DNA of 12,775 nt, from contig JALTLO010000020.1 in the NCBI GenBank assembly GCA_027001995.1, forward strand, positions 14,009 through 26,783, given 5' to 3'. Positions 8,898-12,775 of this stretch are shown here, one piece after another. Each line of letters begins with the position of its first letter. Within the stretch, counting starts at the first letter, position 1. Source of the DNA: Planctomycetota bacterium. Lineage in GTDB: Bacteria > Planctomycetota > GCA-002687715 > DRQF01. A model generated the notes under the pieces. It saw only the letters and a list, made by a program, of their open reading frames with translations. It had not been told where the DNA came from and ran no database searches. The position numbers and the translations under genes are program-made.

Positions 8898-9021
8898 AAT
8901 CTTGGGAGGGGGTATCCTCGACAGGATTCTTTTTCTGGGGGCTCGTATTTCAGTGCTGATCGGGTAGATATCCACACGGCTCTGTTTTGTTCTGACTTAG
9001 TTCTTCCGAGTGAGTTTGTCC

Positions 9022-11400
9022 ATGAAGCACATAAGTGGCTTGTTTCTTTTCTTCCTCATGGCTGGAGTCCTCCAGGCCCAGGGAGGTTCTTCTCAAGTGA
9101 AGATCTCCCAAGTTGTTTTTGAACCCAACGAGATTGCTGCGGGTGGTACGGCGGAAATGGTGGTGACAGTGCGTGTCAGCCCAGGTTGGCATATCTACAC
9201 CATTGAAGAGCACTCGGGCCAGGAGCCTACGGGGTTTCGTGTGACCACCGATGGGGCGTCGATCAAAGGGCCAGTGAAAGAGCCTCAACCTCACAAGAAA
9301 ATGCAATCCTGGGGTGACACCAATTACTGGCATGAAGGTGAAGCAGTTTTTCGTATTCCCGTGTCTTTCGACCAAAAGTTGAAGGGGCAAGTCAATGTCC
9401 GGGGTGTGATGGATTTCATGGCTTGCAATGCGAAAGCCTGTCTGCCTCCTGATTCTTTGAAATTCTCTGGGGCCATACAGATTGGCTCTAAGGGAAGAGG
9501 GGCGTCAAACGGAGGGGGCATCAGTGGGGCAGCCGGTCGTCAGCTTCTCGGCAAGATGAACGAAATCCTGGAGCTCAATAAGAAACAAGGGGAGAAGATT
9601 CTCGACTTGGAAGAGGCCATCAATGAGCTCAAACCGAAACCCCCAGAGTTGCCACCCGAGCCTCCTTCATGGAGCTTGTCAGATGTCAGTGTCGAAATGC
9701 AGAGCAACAAGGTTCGTGCCAGCAAACGCATTGGCGGTACGATTCGTTTTTCAACTCCTGAGAACGTGAAACTCGAGGCAGCCTCTGAGATCTTCATTGA
9801 CGAATCAACAGGGTCGAAAAAGGTCGAAGGTATTGATGTCGTGGCACTCAGAACTGATGGGACTGGTAAGCAACATGAGGTCGATTTCGAATTGATAGCT
9901 TCAGCGCTGGCGAAAAGTGGAGTTGAAAACCTTGAGCTCTCGATTGTCGTGCCCATGGATATCGAAGGGGTCGCTTTTGAAAAAGAAGCCGTCGCCCTTC
10001 CCATCGAAATTGAGTTTGGTTTGCCCAGTGTTTGGACATGGGTGCTGAAGGCGGCAATCGCGGCGCTCTTGGCACTCCTAACACCTTGCGTGTTTCCTAT
10101 GATCCCGGTGACGATGTCATTCTTTACCAAGCAGGCTGAGAAAGAGCACAAGAACCCACTCCTGTTGCCAACTGTCTACGTCATCGGCATTGTCACGAGC
10201 TTTGTTGGCATCGGCGTTGGCTTTACTATGCTGTCGAAAGTGTCAGCCAGTTTGAGCCCACAGTTCTTGGCCACAAATGGCTGGCTCCAAGGTTTCTTTG
10301 GTCTCCTCTTTGTCTTGTTTTCTTTGTCCCTGTTCGGCATGTTCGAACTGCGTCCTCCTGCGTTCTTGATGAACAAAGCCAGCGGCGTGCAAGGAAAGGG
10401 CGGCATTGGCGGAACTTTGGGAATGGGGCTTCTGTTCTCGCTCACAAGTTTCACTTGCACGGCACCTTTGGTTGGGGCCATTTTGGTGGATGCTGCGGCC
10501 AGCGAAGAATGGCTGTTTCCCATCGTCGGCATGTTTACCTTTTCGCTGATCTTAGCGACGCCGTTTTTCTTCTTGGCGCTCTTCCCTAAGATGATGAAAA
10601 GCATGCCCAAGAGTGGCGGATGGTTGAACTCCGTGAAAGTGACGCTTGGTTTCCTTGAGCTGGCCTTTGCTCTCAAGTTCATCGGAGCTATGGACGCTTA
10701 CTTTGGTCTGGGAATCTTCACCCGTACCGCCATCCTTTGGATGTGGGTTGTCATTTTTATCATGAATGGCCTCTATCTCCTGGGTGTGGTTCGCTTCAAG
10801 GACGATGGCAAACTTGACCGTGTCGGTGGGATAGGGGGCACCATTGCGGTGTGCTTCCTCGCCTTGGGACTCTACTCGATGAATGGCGCTCAAGGTGCGC
10901 AAATGCCTTCCCTTCTGGAAAGCTTGATGCCGCCGAGCCTTGAGGAGTCGACAGGCACAGGGATGCTGGGATGGCCGAACCACATCAGTGATGACCCGGA
11001 AACAGCTTTCGCTCGGGCCCGTGAATTGGGAGTTCCAGTATTTGTTGATTTTACCGGTTATACGTGACCAAATTGCCGCGAAATTGAGACCCGTGTGTTC
11101 TCAAAGCAAAAAGGTAAATCTCGGCTGGTGATGGATAAAATGGTGGTGCTTTCCCTTCATACAGATGGTAAAGGGAATCGTCGAAATGAGTTTGCCGCCT
11201 GGCGTGACAAACTGACTGGTACGTCTTCGAACCCGGTCTATGTGGTGATGGATCCCTTCGAAAAGGACAAAGTTCTTTTTGACACGGACTACAATGTGGC
11301 TAAGGATGACGAACTCTTCGCTGCGAAGTTGGGGAAGGCTAATCGCCGTTTCTTAAGGGCACTTAAGGGACGGGGTCTGAAAGCAGAAGTGAAGAAGTGA
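9022..11400 (+). CDS. dsbD: Thiol:disulfide interchange protein, DsbD family, predicted selenoprotein (TGA 11065-11067 = Sec, UxxC motif), about 792 aa
   Basis: Signal peptide MKHISGLFLFFLMAGVLQA. DsbD-alpha-like domain (PGWHIY; CNAKAC, Cys at 9424 and 9439). DsbD-beta TM domain (LLTPCVFPMIP, Cys at 10087; SFTCTAP, Cys at 10456; MPKSGGWLNSVK). The thioredoxin domain PVFVDFTGYT-[TGA]-PNCREIETRVF...VVLSLHTD continues in the same frame to TGA 11398-11400. Confidence 0.88.
11084..11104 (+). promoter_or_regulatory. Putative bacterial SECIS element
   Basis: Hairpin TTGAGA (11084-11089) / TCTCAA (11099-11104) enclosing CCCGTGTGT, with an extra C-G pair possible using a bulged U. The stem begins 16 nt after the in-frame UGA, a typical position for bacterial SECIS. 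Confidence 0.6.
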
Positions 11401-11885
11401 GTAGTTTTATTCGTTTTTCGGGTTGGGCCGCCAATGTTTTGTTGGCGGCCCTGCTCATAGATGGAATCTATCCTTGGATCGGTGGTCTAGGCTTGCACAT
11501 CCGATGGGGGCTTGGGGTGTGTTTGTTTCTGCCGCTTATCTATCTTCTACCCTACTTTCACCTGATTGGCGTTGGTGCTCGCCTTAAGGCCAGAATCGAA
11601 AAGGGAGGGGAAGACGTGGCTCAGGCTTTTCAATTGGCCCTGCGGCTGAAGGCTCGGCTGTTCTTTCCCGCTTTATTGGCGGTGATCTTGTGCATCACTG
11701 GCCCGATTCTTGGATTCTTCCAGATGGGGGGGCGAATACCCCCCATGGTCCATGGAATCTTCATGACGGTGTTTATCGTGGTGCACGTCGTCACTTGGGC
11801 CCGTTCTTTGTTCATTCTTGGATTGGCAAGGGAACTGAATTCTTTTAACACCAACCCGGATGTTGGCGCTGGACCGAAGTTATGA
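11397..11885 (+). CDS. Hypothetical integral membrane protein (about 4 TM helices), 162 aa
   Basis: The GTG start overlaps the dsbD stop (GTGA, 11397-11400). Four hydrophobic segments, with His residues in or near the helices (GLHI, YFHL, MVHG, VVHV). Confidence 0.75.
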   Translation: MSSFIRFSGWAANVLLAALLIDGIYPWIGGLGLHIRWGLGVCLFLPLIYLLPYFHLIGVGARLKARIEKGGEDVAQAFQLALRLKARLFFPALLAVILCITGPILGFFQMGGRIPPMVHGIFMTVFIVVHVVTWARSLFILGLARELNSFNTNPDVGAGPKL

Positions 11886-11957
11886 GAGGATGCGTGGGTG
11901 GGTGGAATCCCTGCTGCGTGATCGCGCCGATTTGCTGCAGTAAATACGACATAGACG

Positions 11958-12590
11958 ATGGCACAAGAAAACCATAGAACAACTCAACAGTTAGTTCTGC
12001 GAATTCATGGTGGGGACAAAGAGGCTTTTGACCTTTTGTTCATGCGCTACTACCCCCGTATTAAATTGGCGGTTCGGCTTCAGATGCTGGACAAACTGAA
12101 AGCGCAGGTCGAACCTGAAGATGTCATTCAAGAGATCTATATCGAGGTGTACAAGAACTTTCACAAGTTCGAATACTCTGATCCTGATTCTTTCTTCAAG
12201 TGGGTGACGAAGGTTGTTGGCTGGAAGATCAAGGACTTTGATAAGTACTTCTTCAAGACCGCGAAGCGCCAGCCCCACGAGCTGTCACTGCAGCAGTCGC
12301 TAGCTGAAGCGGACACGTCGACCTTCGAGATTTGTGACAACGTCGCAGCTCAACAAAGCACCCCGAGTCAGATCGTTATGGAAAAGGAAGGTTTTCAGAT
12401 GCTCGAAAAAGCACTTGAGAAGCTCCCTGAAAAATTTCGGCGGGTGATTACCTATCGTCAAGTGATGAAAATGAGCGCGGCGGAAACAGCTTCGCAGATG
12501 GATATGCAGGCTAATGCTGTGAACGTGCTTTTTCATCGGGCACAGCAAAAACTGCATAAAGTCCTTCGCGAGATGGCTTATTTCGGATGA
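11958..12590 (+). CDS. ECF (group 4) sigma-70 factor, resembling planctomycete kinase-associated ECFs
   Basis: Region 2: GDKEAFDLLFMRY...VEPEDVIQE...FFKWVTKV. Linker with STPSQ. Region 4: ALEKLPEKFRRVI...SAAETASQM...AVNVLFHRAQQKL. Confidence 0.92.
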   Translation: MAQENHRTTQQLVLRIHGGDKEAFDLLFMRYYPRIKLAVRLQMLDKLKAQVEPEDVIQEIYIEVYKNFHKFEYSDPDSFFKWVTKVVGWKIKDFDKYFFKTAKRQPHELSLQQSLAEADTSTFEICDNVAAQQSTPSQIVMEKEGFQMLEKALEKLPEKFRRVITYRQVMKMSAAETASQMDMQANAVNVLFHRAQQKLHKVLREMAYFG

Positions 12591-12775
12591 CCGACTTCTC
12601 TTCGGATGAAAACCAGTTGGCAGAGCTCATCGGCAGCATTCAAGATCGCATGAATGACGGTCAGGACGTTGATTTGGAGGTCGTCAAGAAGGAATTTCCG
12701 AAGTTTGCCCATGAGCTTGAAACCTATTTCAATTGCGGTTCCCTCTTTGAACAGGCCTTGGATGACAAGGCTCGT
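12587..12775 (+). CDS. Probable serine/threonine protein kinase, N-terminal part (truncated by window edge)
   Basis: ATGA overlap with the sigma stop. Open to the window end: MTDFSSDENQLAELIGSIQDRMNDGQDVDLEVVKKEFPKFAHELETYFNCGSLFEQALDDKAR. This resembles the helical N-terminal extension (G..xD......P..A.EL) of planctomycete kinases encoded after ECF sigmas. The kinase domain itself is not visible. Not in the ORF track. Confidence 0.6.
   Translation, partial: MTDFSSDENQLAELIGSIQDRMNDGQDVDLEVVKKEFPKFAHELETYFNCGSLFEQALDDKAR

Noticed and set aside
8968..8976. DnaA-box-like ATATCCACA, possible replication origin
   Set aside because: A single box with one mismatch to TTATCCACA. There is no cluster of boxes, no clear AT-rich unwinding element and no dnaA/dnaN context.
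8745..9122. 125-aa + strand ORF and 72-aa - strand ORF (8759..8977) in the dsbD upstream region
   Set aside because: No recognisable motifs and atypical composition. The + ORF overlaps the dsbD start in another frame. Probably a non-coding promoter region.
11065..11067. Genome-wide UGA reassignment (Trp or Gly; codes 4/25) as the explanation for the internal TGA
   Set aside because: TGA acts as a normal stop at 4124, 11400, 11885 and 12590, with start/stop overlaps at two of these. No other long gene here has internal TGAs, Trp is encoded by TGG, and the position corresponds to a catalytic Cys.
11095..11400. Separate 101-aa ORF starting at GTG 11095
   Set aside because: It is in frame with dsbD and encodes the rest of the thioredoxin fold after the UxxC motif. 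It has no convincing RBS, and its start lies within the SECIS-like hairpin.
9022..11400. dsbD as a nonsense pseudogene
   Set aside because: Disfavoured, not excluded. TGC/TGT to TGA is a single change, but the only lesion falls exactly on the nucleophilic Cys codon, all other motifs are intact and a hairpin follows at SECIS distance.
205..12557. Numerous antisense or alternate-frame ORFs overlapping ettA, fumC, the kinase, dsbD and the sigma gene (e.g. 1952..2596, 4593..5249, 9540..10151, 10176..10682)
   Set aside because: They are shadow ORFs of well-supported genes, with no recognisable motifs.

Overview
Bacterial chromosomal window of about 52% GC (estimated by eye). The ECF sigma/kinase pair suggests Planctomycetota, which is an inference. 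Left to right: 3' end of alaS, a bidirectional terminator, ettA (-), fumC (+) with its terminator, an orphan GspG-like pseudopilin (+), a soluble hybrid histidine kinase (-), a LOG-family protein (-), a small hypothetical protein (-) with a terminator, and then a + strand cluster. That cluster holds a DsbD-family thiol:disulfide interchange protein, a translationally coupled membrane protein, an ECF sigma factor and the start of a probable Ser/Thr kinase. Main finding: the ORF track splits the DsbD gene (9010..11067 and 11095..11400), but the two parts are one reading frame interrupted by a single TGA (11065-11067). That TGA sits exactly at the first Cys position of the thioredoxin CxxC motif (DFTGYT-U-PN-C-REIE) and is followed by a SECIS-like hairpin. 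The gene is most likely a selenocysteine-containing DsbD of about 792 aa. Smaller unexplained elements are a triple TTTGAGCCC repeat upstream of dsbD and a long intergenic stem-loop at about 7983-8095.
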